Positions 7,217 through 15,153 of a stretch of 35,422 nucleotides of DNA are shown here, in pieces. Source of the DNA: an uncultured Acidimicrobiia bacterium. GTDB taxonomy: Bacteria; Actinomycetota; Acidimicrobiia; Spongiisociales; UBA11373. The notes beneath the pieces were generated by a model, which was not told where the DNA came from, made no database searches, and saw only the letters and a program-made list of their open reading frames with translations. The DNA lies in assembly GCA_964440905.1 (NCBI GenBank), contig CAYTTU010000246.1, positions 1 to 35,422 on the forward strand. The letters are read 5' to 3'. Position numbers and translations under genes: made by a program. Position 1 is the stretch's first letter. Every line of letters starts with the position of its first letter.

Positions 7217-8134
7217 GTGAGCGAAGCCGCCCCGATCATCGCCGTCTCCGGTCTGCGGTTCGCCTACGGCAATCTGCTCGCCATCGACGGAATCGACCTC
7301 GCGGTGCCTGCAGGGCGCATCGGGCTGGTCGGAGCCAACGGGGCAGGCAAGACCACTCTTCTCAAGATCCTGATCGGGGTGTTGCCCGCCGGGTCGGGAT
7401 CGGTGCAGGTGCTGGGGCATTCGGTGGCGAGCGCCACGCTCGAGGTCCGCAGCAGGGTTGGGTGGATGCCCGAGGGCGACTGCCTTCCCCCGGATCAGAC
7501 TGCCGCCGACTTCCTGGGTTACGCCGCAGAGCTCGGTGGCCTGCCGGCGCGCGCCGCCCGACAGCGCGCCAGCGACGTGCTGGGGTTGGTGGGGCTCGAC
7601 GAGGAGCGCTTCCGCTTCATCGGTGAGTTCTCCACCGGTATGAAGCAGCGCGCCAAGCTGGCCCAGGCCATCGTGCACGATCCTCAGCTGGTGCTCCTCG
7701 ACGAGCCGACCGCAGGACTCGACCCCGAGGGGCGCGAGGAAATGCTCGACCTGATCACTCGGCTGGAGGGGTTCGGGATCAACGCCGTGATCTCGTCGCA
7801 CGTCCTCACCGACATCGAGCGCACCTGCGAATGGGTGGTGATGCTCGACGGAGGCAAGGTGCTCCGCTCCGGACCGCTGTCCGACCTTGCCACCTTCGAC
7901 GAGGCCGAATTGGAGGTGATTGGTGACGCCGAGGGTGTCGTCGCCGAGGCCACCCGGCTCGGAGCCGAGGTGCACCGTCACGGCCCATCGTTGGTGATCT
8001 CGCGTCCTGGCGGGAACGCCTTCGACGTCGCCCGCGACGCGGTAGTCGCCGCCGGGGCGGCCATCCGCCGCCTCGGGGCGCGCCGCACCACCCTTGAGGA
8101 CGTCTTCCTCGGCGAGGAGGAACCCCGTGGCTGA
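7217..8134 (+). CDS. ABC transporter ATP-binding protein (ABC-2 type)
   Basis: 305 aa with Walker A GANGAGKTT, signature FSTGMKQR and Walker B LVLLDEPTAGLD. Confidence 0.9.
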   Translation: MSEAAPIIAVSGLRFAYGNLLAIDGIDLAVPAGRIGLVGANGAGKTTLLKILIGVLPAGSGSVQVLGHSVASATLEVRSRVGWMPEGDCLPPDQTAADFLGYAAELGGLPARAARQRASDVLGLVGLDEERFRFIGEFSTGMKQRAKLAQAIVHDPQLVLLDEPTAGLDPEGREEMLDLITRLEGFGINAVISSHVLTDIERTCEWVVMLDGGKVLRSGPLSDLATFDEAELEVIGDAEGVVAEATRLGAEVHRHGPSLVISRPGGNAFDVARDAVVAAGAAIRRLGARRTTLEDVFLGEEEPRG

Positions 8135-8996
8135 GGGAGTCGTCTTCGACCTGGGTTATCGGCCGCACGAGGGAGAGCGCCTGGGACGCTCCGGAGCGCG
8201 GCGCGCCCTCTACCGCGACGGCCTGCGCCGGGTGCTCGGTCTGCGTCGCAAGGCGCGTCGCAAGGTCTTCCCCTTCCTTCTCACGGGTGTGGCAGTGCTC
8301 CCGGCGCTCTTCTTCGTTGCGCTGAGCGTGATCGCCGGCGAGTTCGACCAGGCGGCGACGCTGTTCGACCATCCGGAGTACTTCGATCTGACAGGATCCA
8401 TGGCCCTGGTGTTCGTTGCCCTCGCCGCCGGCGAGCTGCTGATTCCCGATCGGGTTCACGGCACCTACCAGGTGTACGCCTCGCGGCCGCTGACCACGAT
8501 CGACTACCTGGTGGGGAGGGCGGCGGCTCTCGCCACCGTCGTGATCGGCTTCTTGTGGCTCCCGCACCTGGTGCTCTTCTTCGGACGAGCCTGGGTGTCC
8601 GACCAGGGATTCGGCTCGTACGTGACCGGCGAGGTGGCGACGCTGGGAACCACGCTGCTTGCCTCGGTGGTCTACTTCATCGCCTTTGCTCCGCTCGCAT
8701 TCGCCGTGGCCAGCGTGACGAAACGCGCCTCGCTGGCCGCCGGGGTCTTCCTCGGAATCGTGACGATCTCGGGGCCCACCTCGGCGTCGCTGGCCGACTC
8801 CGGATTCGGGTCGCTTGCCCTGCTCGCCCTGCAGCACCACCCGGGGTACGTGAAGGACTGGATCATGGACAGCGCCACCCACTCGTGGATACCGCAGCGC
8901 GCCGGGTACGAGCCGGTGGTCTCCCTCATCGTGATCCTCACCGTCGCCACCCTCTCGTGGCTCGTGGTCCTGCTGCGCCAGCGGAGGATGGCATGA
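8127..8996 (+). CDS. ABC-2 type transporter permease
   Basis: GTG at 8127 overlaps the ATPase stop (GTGGCTGA). 289 aa with about 6 predicted hydrophobic helices. The exact start is uncertain. Confidence 0.7.
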   Translation: MAEGVVFDLGYRPHEGERLGRSGARRALYRDGLRRVLGLRRKARRKVFPFLLTGVAVLPALFFVALSVIAGEFDQAATLFDHPEYFDLTGSMALVFVALAAGELLIPDRVHGTYQVYASRPLTTIDYLVGRAAALATVVIGFLWLPHLVLFFGRAWVSDQGFGSYVTGEVATLGTTLLASVVYFIAFAPLAFAVASVTKRASLAAGVFLGIVTISGPTSASLADSGFGSLALLALQHHPGYVKDWIMDSATHSWIPQRAGYEPVVSLIVILTVATLSWLVVLLRQRRMA

Positions 8997-9928
8997 CCTC
9001 CGGGCCCGCCTTCGCCGCCTCTCCCACCATCGAGGTCACCGACGTCTCCAAATGGTTCGGGCAGAAGGTGGCAGTCTCCGACCTGTCGTGTTCGTTTGGC
9101 CCCGGCCTCACCGGACTGCTCGGACCCAACGGCGCCGGCAAGACGACGCTGCTCCGAATGTTGTGCGGACTGCTGCGCCCGTCCGACGGATCCGTCCGGG
9201 TTCTCGGCTCCGACCCGCGCCGCGACCCCGGGGTGTACCGGCGGCTCTCTCTGGTGCCCGAGGAGGATGCGGTCTACGGCATCCTGACCGCCCGGCAGTT
9301 CGTCGGCCTCGCCGCCGACCTCACGGGAGTCGATCGCTCCGCCGTCGCCGCTGCGATCGAGGCGGTCGATCTCTCTGCAGCAGCCGACCGGCCGATCTCG
9401 GGATTCAGCAAGGGGATGCGGCAACGGGCCAAGGTGGCGGCAGCTCTGGTGACGGCCCCCGAGATCCTGATACTCGACGAACCCCTCAACGGAACCGACC
9501 CGGTGCAGCGCGCCCATCTCATCTCCCTGTTCCGGCGCCTCGCCGCCGAGGGGCGGACGGTGATCGTCTCCTCTCATGTGCTCAGCGAGGTGGAGCGCAT
9601 GGCCGATCGGGTGCTGGCCGTGGTGGACGGTCGCCTTGCCGCTGCCGGCGACGTTGCCGCGATTCGCCGCGCCATGGCCGACATCCCCTACCGGGTGCGG
9701 ATCGATGTGGCCGAACCGCGCCGGGTGGCCGCGGCCCTGATCGGCGAGTCGGTGGTCGGATCGGTGGCGATCGAGCCGGGGCGGCTCCACATCGAGACCA
9801 CCGACCTCGCCGCTCTCGGATCGCTGGTGCCCCGCGTTGCCGCATCTGCTGGGTCGAGGCTCACCGCATTCGAGCCCGAGGACGAGTCGCTGGAGAGCGT
9901 GTTCCGCTACCTGGTGCACCGCCGATGA
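8993..9928 (+). CDS. ABC transporter ATP-binding protein (second ATPase)
   Basis: ATG at 8993 overlaps the upstream stop (ATGA). 311 aa with Walker A GPNGAGKTT, signature FSKGMRQR and Walker B ILILDEPLNGTD. Confidence 0.9.
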   Translation: MTSGPAFAASPTIEVTDVSKWFGQKVAVSDLSCSFGPGLTGLLGPNGAGKTTLLRMLCGLLRPSDGSVRVLGSDPRRDPGVYRRLSLVPEEDAVYGILTARQFVGLAADLTGVDRSAVAAAIEAVDLSAAADRPISGFSKGMRQRAKVAAALVTAPEILILDEPLNGTDPVQRAHLISLFRRLAAEGRTVIVSSHVLSEVERMADRVLAVVDGRLAAAGDVAAIRRAMADIPYRVRIDVAEPRRVAAALIGESVVGSVAIEPGRLHIETTDLAALGSLVPRVAASAGSRLTAFEPEDESLESVFRYLVHRR

Positions 9929-10677
9929 GGGCCTTCGTCGCCGTAACCAAACTGACCCTGCGCCAGCTCCTCGGTGGGAAGCGCCTGCTAGGACTCGGGC
10001 TGCTCGCTCTGGTTCCGACGGTGATCATGTGGCTGGCCTCGGCGAACCTGACCGGAGGCGCGGTGGTCAACCGGTTCCACGATGCTCCACTCGGCGTCGT
10101 CTTCCTCATCGTGGTGCCGGTCGTGTCCCTGATCCTGGGTTCGGCTCCGCTCGGCGACGACCGGCGCGACGGCACGCTGTCATTTCTGATGCTCCGCCCC
10201 CTGCCGCGCTCTCTGATAGTCGCCGCCAAGCTGTTCGCGGCGTGGCTGGCGTCGACCCTGGTGGTGGGCACGGCGGGCGCCCTTTCGGCATCGGTGGTGG
10301 GTCTGCGGGTGGGCGACTGGTCGTACGTAATCCCCACGATCGCGGCGATCGCCATCGCCTGTCTGGGCTACACCTCCGTCTTCCTGCTCCTCGGCTACTT
10401 CACCGCCCGTGCAGTGCTCATCGGTCTGGTCTACGTCTTCATCTGGGAAAACGGCATCTCGCTGGCCGCCGCCTCGCTCGCCAACGTCTCGCTGCTGCGC
10501 GTCGGACTCAGCGCCTACGTGGGCATGGTTCCCGAGGCGGAGAACTACGGACTCGACCGCGAGATCCTCGGGGCCGTCGCCCCCGGTGCAGGTGGCGCCG
10601 CCGCCAAGGCCCTGGTCGTCGCGGTGATCGTGGTCCTGTATGCGGCGCGGATGCTGCGGCGGCGCGACCTCACCTGA
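9925..10677 (+). CDS. ABC-2 type transporter permease (second permease)
   Basis: ATG at 9925 overlaps the upstream stop (ATGA). 250 aa and multi-pass hydrophobic. Confidence 0.75.
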   Translation: MRAFVAVTKLTLRQLLGGKRLLGLGLLALVPTVIMWLASANLTGGAVVNRFHDAPLGVVFLIVVPVVSLILGSAPLGDDRRDGTLSFLMLRPLPRSLIVAAKLFAAWLASTLVVGTAGALSASVVGLRVGDWSYVIPTIAAIAIACLGYTSVFLLLGYFTARAVLIGLVYVFIWENGISLAAASLANVSLLRVGLSAYVGMVPEAENYGLDREILGAVAPGAGGAAAKALVVAVIVVLYAARMLRRRDLT

Positions 10678-10680
10678 GAG

Positions 10681-10708
10681 ATCTCAGATCTCAGGTGTCA
10701 GATCTCAG
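10681..10708. repeat. tandem heptamer array: ATCTCAG ATCTCAG GTGTCAG ATCTCAG
   Basis: Read directly from the sequence. The array begins 4 nt after the permease stop codon. Confidence 0.85.
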
Positions 10709-10792
10709 GCGACAAACCCGAACGCAACCAGCGCGACAGAGCACTGCTGCCCCTGCGTCGTTACCATTCCCGGCAACAGGAGAAGGAGCCTC

Positions 10793-11413
10793 ATGGACCT
10801 GGAGTTTCTCAAGGAGATGGGCGAGTCGCTCAAGGGGACCAACATCGACTCGGTGGAGGAGTTCGAGCAGGCGCTCGTCGATCGCGTGAAATACCTGCGG
10901 CTCTCGGTGTCCGATCTCGACATCCAATACGACAAGGGCGTCGCCACCGTGATGGGCATGGTTCCGGATCAGGCGACCAAGGAGAAGATCATCCTCGCCG
11001 TCGGAAACGTCAAGGGTGTGGCCAAGGTGAAGGACAGCCTGGCCGTCGGCCTCACCGCCTCCCAGAAGGCCGAGTTGCGCAAGCGAGCCGCGGTTCGGGC
11101 CGGCTCCAAGTCGGCGGCGGCCGCTGCCGCCGCCGCCAAGGCCGCCGAAAAGGCCCGTAAGGAGGCCAAGGCCAAGTTCGAGCTCGAGGTGCGCCGCGCC
11201 GCCTTCAAGAAGGAACTGTCCGCCCGGGCCAAGGACGGGGCCAAGGCCTCGGTCACCTACACCGTGAAGAAGGGCGACAGCCTCAGCAAGATCGCCAAGA
11301 AGCTCTACGGCGACTCCTCGAAGTGGAAGGCGATCTTCGAGGCCAACCAGCCGCTCATCAAGAAGGCCGACCTGATCTACCCCGGCCAGGTGCTGCGGAT
11401 TCCGAAGATCTAG
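10793..11413 (+). CDS. BON-domain plus LysM-domain protein (Kbp/YgaU-like) with Ala/Lys-rich linker
   Basis: ATG at 10793 is preceded by AGGAGAAGGAG. 206 aa. The BON-like part contains GVATVMGMVPDQATKEKIILAVGNVKGVAKVKDSL. The C-terminal LysM domain contains YTVKKGDSLSKIAKKLYGDSSKWKAIFEANQPLIKKADLIYPGQVLRIP. Confidence 0.85.
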   Translation: MDLEFLKEMGESLKGTNIDSVEEFEQALVDRVKYLRLSVSDLDIQYDKGVATVMGMVPDQATKEKIILAVGNVKGVAKVKDSLAVGLTASQKAELRKRAAVRAGSKSAAAAAAAAKAAEKARKEAKAKFELEVRRAAFKKELSARAKDGAKASVTYTVKKGDSLSKIAKKLYGDSSKWKAIFEANQPLIKKADLIYPGQVLRIPKI

Positions 11414-11434
11414 ATCTCAGGTCTCAGATCTCAG
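11407..11434. repeat. tandem heptamer array: GATCTAG ATCTCAG GTCTCAG ATCTCAG
   Basis: Read directly from the sequence. The first unit contains the TAG stop of the BON-LysM gene. The unit is the same as in the array at 10681-10708. Confidence 0.85.
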
Positions 11435-11440
11435 CGAATC

Positions 11441-11470
11441 GGTTGCGGAGGGCTCGGGCCCTCCGCAACC
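11441..11470 (+). terminator. perfect 13-bp GC-rich hairpin (GGTTGCGGAGGGC-TCGG-GCCCTCCGCAACC)
   Basis: Perfect stem read directly from the sequence. It sits between the BON-LysM stop and the murJ start. There is no clear U-tract, which is common in high-GC actinobacteria. It is nested between inverted heptamer arrays. Confidence 0.5.
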
Positions 11471-11490
11471 TCGTCGAGGCTCTTGAAAGA

Positions 11491-11525
11491 CCTGAGATCT
11501 GACATCTGACATCTGAGATCGAAGA
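11491..11525. repeat. tandem heptamer array: CCTGAGA TCTGACA TCTGACA TCTGAGA TCGAAGA (inverted relative to 11407-11434)
   Basis: Read directly from the sequence. It is the reverse complement of the (A/G)TCTCAG unit. Confidence 0.85.
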
Positions 11526-11556
11526 CCAGCCTTCGAGCCGGGTACCGTTCTCCGGC

Positions 11557-13098
11557 ATGTCGAAACCGCAACGCGGCCTCTACCACCGCATGGGGATCGC
11601 CGCCGCCATCGTCGCCGGCGGCGTGCTGATCTCCCGGCTGCTGGGTCTGGTCCGCCAAATGGTGTTCGCCTGGTTGCTCGGCGCCGGGGCCACCGGCGAC
11701 GAGTACTTCGTCGCCTTCCTCATCCCCGACCTGCTCAATTACCTGCTCGCCGGGGCGTACATGGCGATCACCCTCATCCCCATCCTCACCCGGCGGTTCG
11801 CCGACGGCGACGAGGCCGATGCCCAGCGCGCCTTCTGGGCGATCACGCGGCCGCTCACCATCGGCATCGTCGCATTGGTGCTGGTCGCCTATCCCCTCGT
11901 GGGGCCGCTACTGCGATTGGTCGAGCCCGGGTTCACCGATGCCCAGGTGGCCGAAGCCACCCGGCTCACCCGGATAGTGCTGCCCGCCCAGATCTTCTTC
12001 GTGCTCGGCCAATTGCTGACCGCGTGGCAGTTCGCCCGGGAGAAGTTCTTCATCCCGGCCCTGGGACCCATCGTGTACAACCTGGCCATCATCGCCGGCG
12101 GCCTGTTGGGCGGACTGCGCGGCGACGATCCCGGTGCAGCCGGATTCGCCTGGGGGGCGCTTGCCGGGGCGGTTCTGGGGATCTTCGCGCTGCAGGCCTG
12201 GGGGGCCTGGCGTCAGGGTTTGCGCATGCCGGATGGGCCGGTGGGGCGACACCCGGCGGTGCGACGCTACTTCGCGTTGGCGATCCCACTGATGCTCGGC
12301 CAATCACTCGTCGTGCTCGACGAACAGCTCGGCCGGAGCTTTGGATCGCTGCACGCCGACGGCGGGGTGTCCTGGCTCACCTTCGGACGCCAGACGATGC
12401 TCGTACCGGTCGGCGTGATCGCCCAGGCCGCGGGGGTGGCCGCCTATCCATTCCTGGCCCGCCTCGCCGCCGAGGGGAAGATGCAGGAGCTGTCGCAGGC
12501 CGTGAGCCGAGCCGTCCGGTTCGTGCTCGTCCTGAGCCTGGCAGCCGCGGCAGCGCTCATCGCCCTCACCGAACCCGTCGTGCGGCTGCTCTACGAGCGG
12601 GGCTCGTTCGACGCCACCGACACTGCGGCCACCGCAGCGACCGTGGTCTGGTTCTGTCTCGGCATCCCGATGTGGGGCGTCCAGCAGATCCTCGCCCGCG
12701 GCTTCTACGCCCGCGAGGAGATGTGGGCTCCGGTGGTCGTGGGCACCCTTGCCACCGCGGCTGCCATTCCGGTTTACTGGGTACTCAACCGCACCCTCGA
12801 GGTGGAAGGCCTGGCGCTGGCATCGAGCGTGGCCATCACCATCTACACCCTGGCGCTGGCGGTGGTGTGGTACCGGCGCACCGGCGTCGAGCATTCCCGA
12901 CCGGTCGTGGTCACGACTCTGCGAGTGGTGCCGGGCGCCATGCTCGGGGCGGTGGCAGCCTTCGCCATCGCCGCGTGGGTATTGGGCCGCGGCGCCGGAT
13001 GGCCCGTCGATCTGGCGGCGGTGACCGCCGGGGGTGGCGTCGCCCTGGCGCTTGGGCTGGGACCCCGTTGGGTGCGCCGTGACCTGGCGCGCCGCTGA
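11557..13098 (+). CDS. murJ: lipid II flippase MurJ (MviN family)
   Basis: 513 aa and multi-pass. The N-terminal segment AGGVLISRLLGLVRQMVFAWLLGAGATGDEYFVAFLIPDLL is typical of MurJ. Confidence 0.88.
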   Translation: MSKPQRGLYHRMGIAAAIVAGGVLISRLLGLVRQMVFAWLLGAGATGDEYFVAFLIPDLLNYLLAGAYMAITLIPILTRRFADGDEADAQRAFWAITRPLTIGIVALVLVAYPLVGPLLRLVEPGFTDAQVAEATRLTRIVLPAQIFFVLGQLLTAWQFAREKFFIPALGPIVYNLAIIAGGLLGGLRGDDPGAAGFAWGALAGAVLGIFALQAWGAWRQGLRMPDGPVGRHPAVRRYFALAIPLMLGQSLVVLDEQLGRSFGSLHADGGVSWLTFGRQTMLVPVGVIAQAAGVAAYPFLARLAAEGKMQELSQAVSRAVRFVLVLSLAAAAALIALTEPVVRLLYERGSFDATDTAATAATVVWFCLGIPMWGVQQILARGFYAREEMWAPVVVGTLATAAAIPVYWVLNRTLEVEGLALASSVAITIYTLALAVVWYRRTGVEHSRPVVVTTLRVVPGAMLGAVAAFAIAAWVLGRGAGWPVDLAAVTAGGGVALALGLGPRWVRRDLARR

Positions 13099-13112
13099 AC
13101 CGAGACGCGAGA

Positions 13113-13138
13113 AGGAGCGGCTCCAGAGCGCCGCTCCT
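13113..13138. terminator. 9-bp hairpin (AGGAGCGGC ... GCCGCTCCT) between convergent murJ and sodN
   Basis: Stem read directly from the sequence, with an 8-nt loop. A second small hairpin GGCCGA-CCGT-TCGGCC lies at 13167-13182. Confidence 0.4.
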
Positions 13139-13203
13139 CCCGGGGTTGCCCCTCGATCCACCGCACGGCCGACCGTTCGGCCCCACCGATCCTAGGCGAC
13201 CGA

Positions 13204-13584
13204 TCAGCTCTTGGTCTTGGCGAACACGTCGGCGATCTCGGCGATCAGACCGAGCAGCTCATCGCCCACCGCCGGATCCATCGACTTCTTGGCGTCTCCT
13301 GCCTTCTTGGTGGCGCGCCAGAACAGGTCGTGGAGGTGGGGAAACTTCTCCACGTGCGGGGGCTTGAAATAGTCGGTCCACAACACCCAGAGGTGATGCT
13401 TCACCATCTCGGCGCGCTGCTCCTTGATGATCACGCAGCGCTGCCGAAACACCTCGTCCGTCGAGTCCTGGTACTTCTGCATGATCGCCTTCACCGACTC
13501 GGCCTCGATCCGGGCCTGGGCGGGGTCGTAGACTCCGCACATCAGGTCGCAGTGGGCGTGAGCGATCCGCTTGGGTCGCAGCAT
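13204..13584 (-). CDS. sodN: nickel superoxide dismutase precursor
   Basis: ATG at 13584 is preceded by GAGGAA. The leader MLRPKRIAHA is followed by the Ni-hook HCDLMCGVYDP. The rest matches the four-helix NiSOD layout. Confidence 0.9.
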   Translation of the reverse strand: MLRPKRIAHAHCDLMCGVYDPAQARIEAESVKAIMQKYQDSTDEVFRQRCVIIKEQRAEMVKHHLWVLWTDYFKPPHVEKFPHLHDLFWRATKKAGDAKKSMDPAVGDELLGLIAEIADVFAKTKS

Positions 13585-13648
13585 GCTGATTCCTCTCGTT
13601 GTCACAGGCGGGTCACCCTACACTCGCCCGCTCCGCCACCGGAGGGCC

Positions 13649-14011
13649 ATGAGCCGTTCCATCGCCGCCGCTCTCGCCGCTGCTGCAGGAGCAGCATTGC
13701 GCCTCCGGCTCACCCGGTACGAGGTGGCCGAGGACAGCATGAACCCGACGCTCCGCCCCGGCGACTGGGTGCTCGGGGTGCGCCGGCCCGCTCGGCTCGG
13801 CCGCGGCGACGTCGTCGTAGTGGACCACCCGCACCGCCCGGGGTTTGAAGTCGTCAAGCGCGTCGCGGAGATCGGTCCCGCGGGGCTGGTGCTCGCCGGC
13901 GACAACCCCGATCACAGTACCGACAGCCGCCACTTCGGACCCGTGGCGGTTGCCGCGGTGCACGCCCGGCTGCTTATGGTGTATCACCCGAGGCCGCTGC
14001 GCCCCTTGTGA
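13649..14011 (+). CDS. sodX: NiSOD maturation protease (S26 signal-peptidase family)
   Basis: ATG at 13649 is preceded by GGAGGG. 120 aa with S26 motifs SMNPTLRPGD, VKRV and GDNPDHSTDSRHFG. It is divergent from sodN, as in the classical sodN-sodX arrangement. Confidence 0.85.
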   Translation: MSRSIAAALAAAAGAALRLRLTRYEVAEDSMNPTLRPGDWVLGVRRPARLGRGDVVVVDHPHRPGFEVVKRVAEIGPAGLVLAGDNPDHSTDSRHFGPVAVAAVHARLLMVYHPRPLRPL

Positions 14012-15153
14012 GGGCCCGGGTGGCGTCCCCGTGGCGTCGGCTACCCTCCCCGACCGTGATCCGACGCCTCGCATTCCTCGTGAGTCTGTCCCTGGTGGCT
14101 GCGGCGTGTGGTGGGGACGCCGCCCCCACCACCACGACGACCGCCACCACCACGACGACCACCAGCACCACCACGACGTCGACGACCACGACGACCGTCG
14201 CCGTCACCACCACGACAGTCGCCACCGGACCGACGGTCACCACGCTGCCCGAGGGTTTCCGCTCTCCCATCAATGGCCTCCACCCCGAGTTGGAAACGCT
14301 GCTCGATCGCCGGGGAATCGCGGTCAAGGTGGACAATCACCCCGAGGCGCGCCCCCAGTCGGGAATCCAGCACGCCGACGGGATGATCGAGCTCCTGGTC
14401 GAAGGCGGATTCACCCGGTTCATCGCCCTTTTCCACGACAACGACACCGACTACATCGGGCCGATCCGTTCCGTCCGCCCCACCGACTCGACGCTCATCC
14501 CCTGGCTGGACGTTCCTTTCGCCTATTCGGGTGGGCAGCCCTGGGTGCGCGACCTCTTCGCCAGCCGGTCGATCCGCCTGATCGGTGAAGGGGCCAACGG
14601 GATGTTCCGCATCTCCAGCCGGACGGCTCCACAGAACCTCTACGGCGACACCAACGCTTTTCGCACCGTGTCGGATCAGCGCGGCTATCACAACGACCCA
14701 CCGAACTGGCTTTACGAGGTCGGGCTTTGGGACTTCCCCGAGGAACCCGCCACCGAGATCACAATCCAGTGGTCCTCCAACTCCTTGGTGCGGTGGGTGT
14801 ACGAGGATGGGAAGTACCTGCGGTTCAACGGCAGTTCCCCTCACCGGTGGCGGGCAGAGGACAGATCCGAGGGCCAGGTGTCCGCAGATGTCCTCGTCAC
14901 CCTCACCGGGCACGCCTATACCGCCAGGCCGCCCTCCGGAGTGAGCGGAACCCCGGTGCCTGCCACGGAGACGGTCGGATCGGGCAAGGCGCGCGTGTTC
15001 GCCTACGGACTGGTCTGGGAGGGAACCTGGGAGCGCGGCGGGATCAACGAGCCCTTCCGTCTGTTCTCCGCCGATGGCTCCGTCGCCGTGGTTCCACCGG
15101 GCGTCCCCTGGGTCTCGATCCTCCCCGACATCGCCACCCTCACCTACGAGTGA
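14008..15153 (+). CDS. DUF3048 (YerB-like) lipoprotein with poly-Thr linker
   Basis: GTG at 14008 overlaps the sodX stop (GTGA). An alternative GTG at 14056 gives VIRRLAFLVSLSLVAAAC, a signal peptide with lipobox. AVKVDNHPEARPQSGIQHADGMIELLVEGGFTRFIALF matches my recollection of DUF3048. Confidence 0.75.
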   Translation: MRARVASPWRRLPSPTVIRRLAFLVSLSLVAAACGGDAAPTTTTTATTTTTTSTTTTSTTTTTVAVTTTTVATGPTVTTLPEGFRSPINGLHPELETLLDRRGIAVKVDNHPEARPQSGIQHADGMIELLVEGGFTRFIALFHDNDTDYIGPIRSVRPTDSTLIPWLDVPFAYSGGQPWVRDLFASRSIRLIGEGANGMFRISSRTAPQNLYGDTNAFRTVSDQRGYHNDPPNWLYEVGLWDFPEEPATEITIQWSSNSLVRWVYEDGKYLRFNGSSPHRWRAEDRSEGQVSADVLVTLTGHAYTARPPSGVSGTPVPATETVGSGKARVFAYGLVWEGTWERGGINEPFRLFSADGSVAVVPPGVPWVSILPDIATLTYE

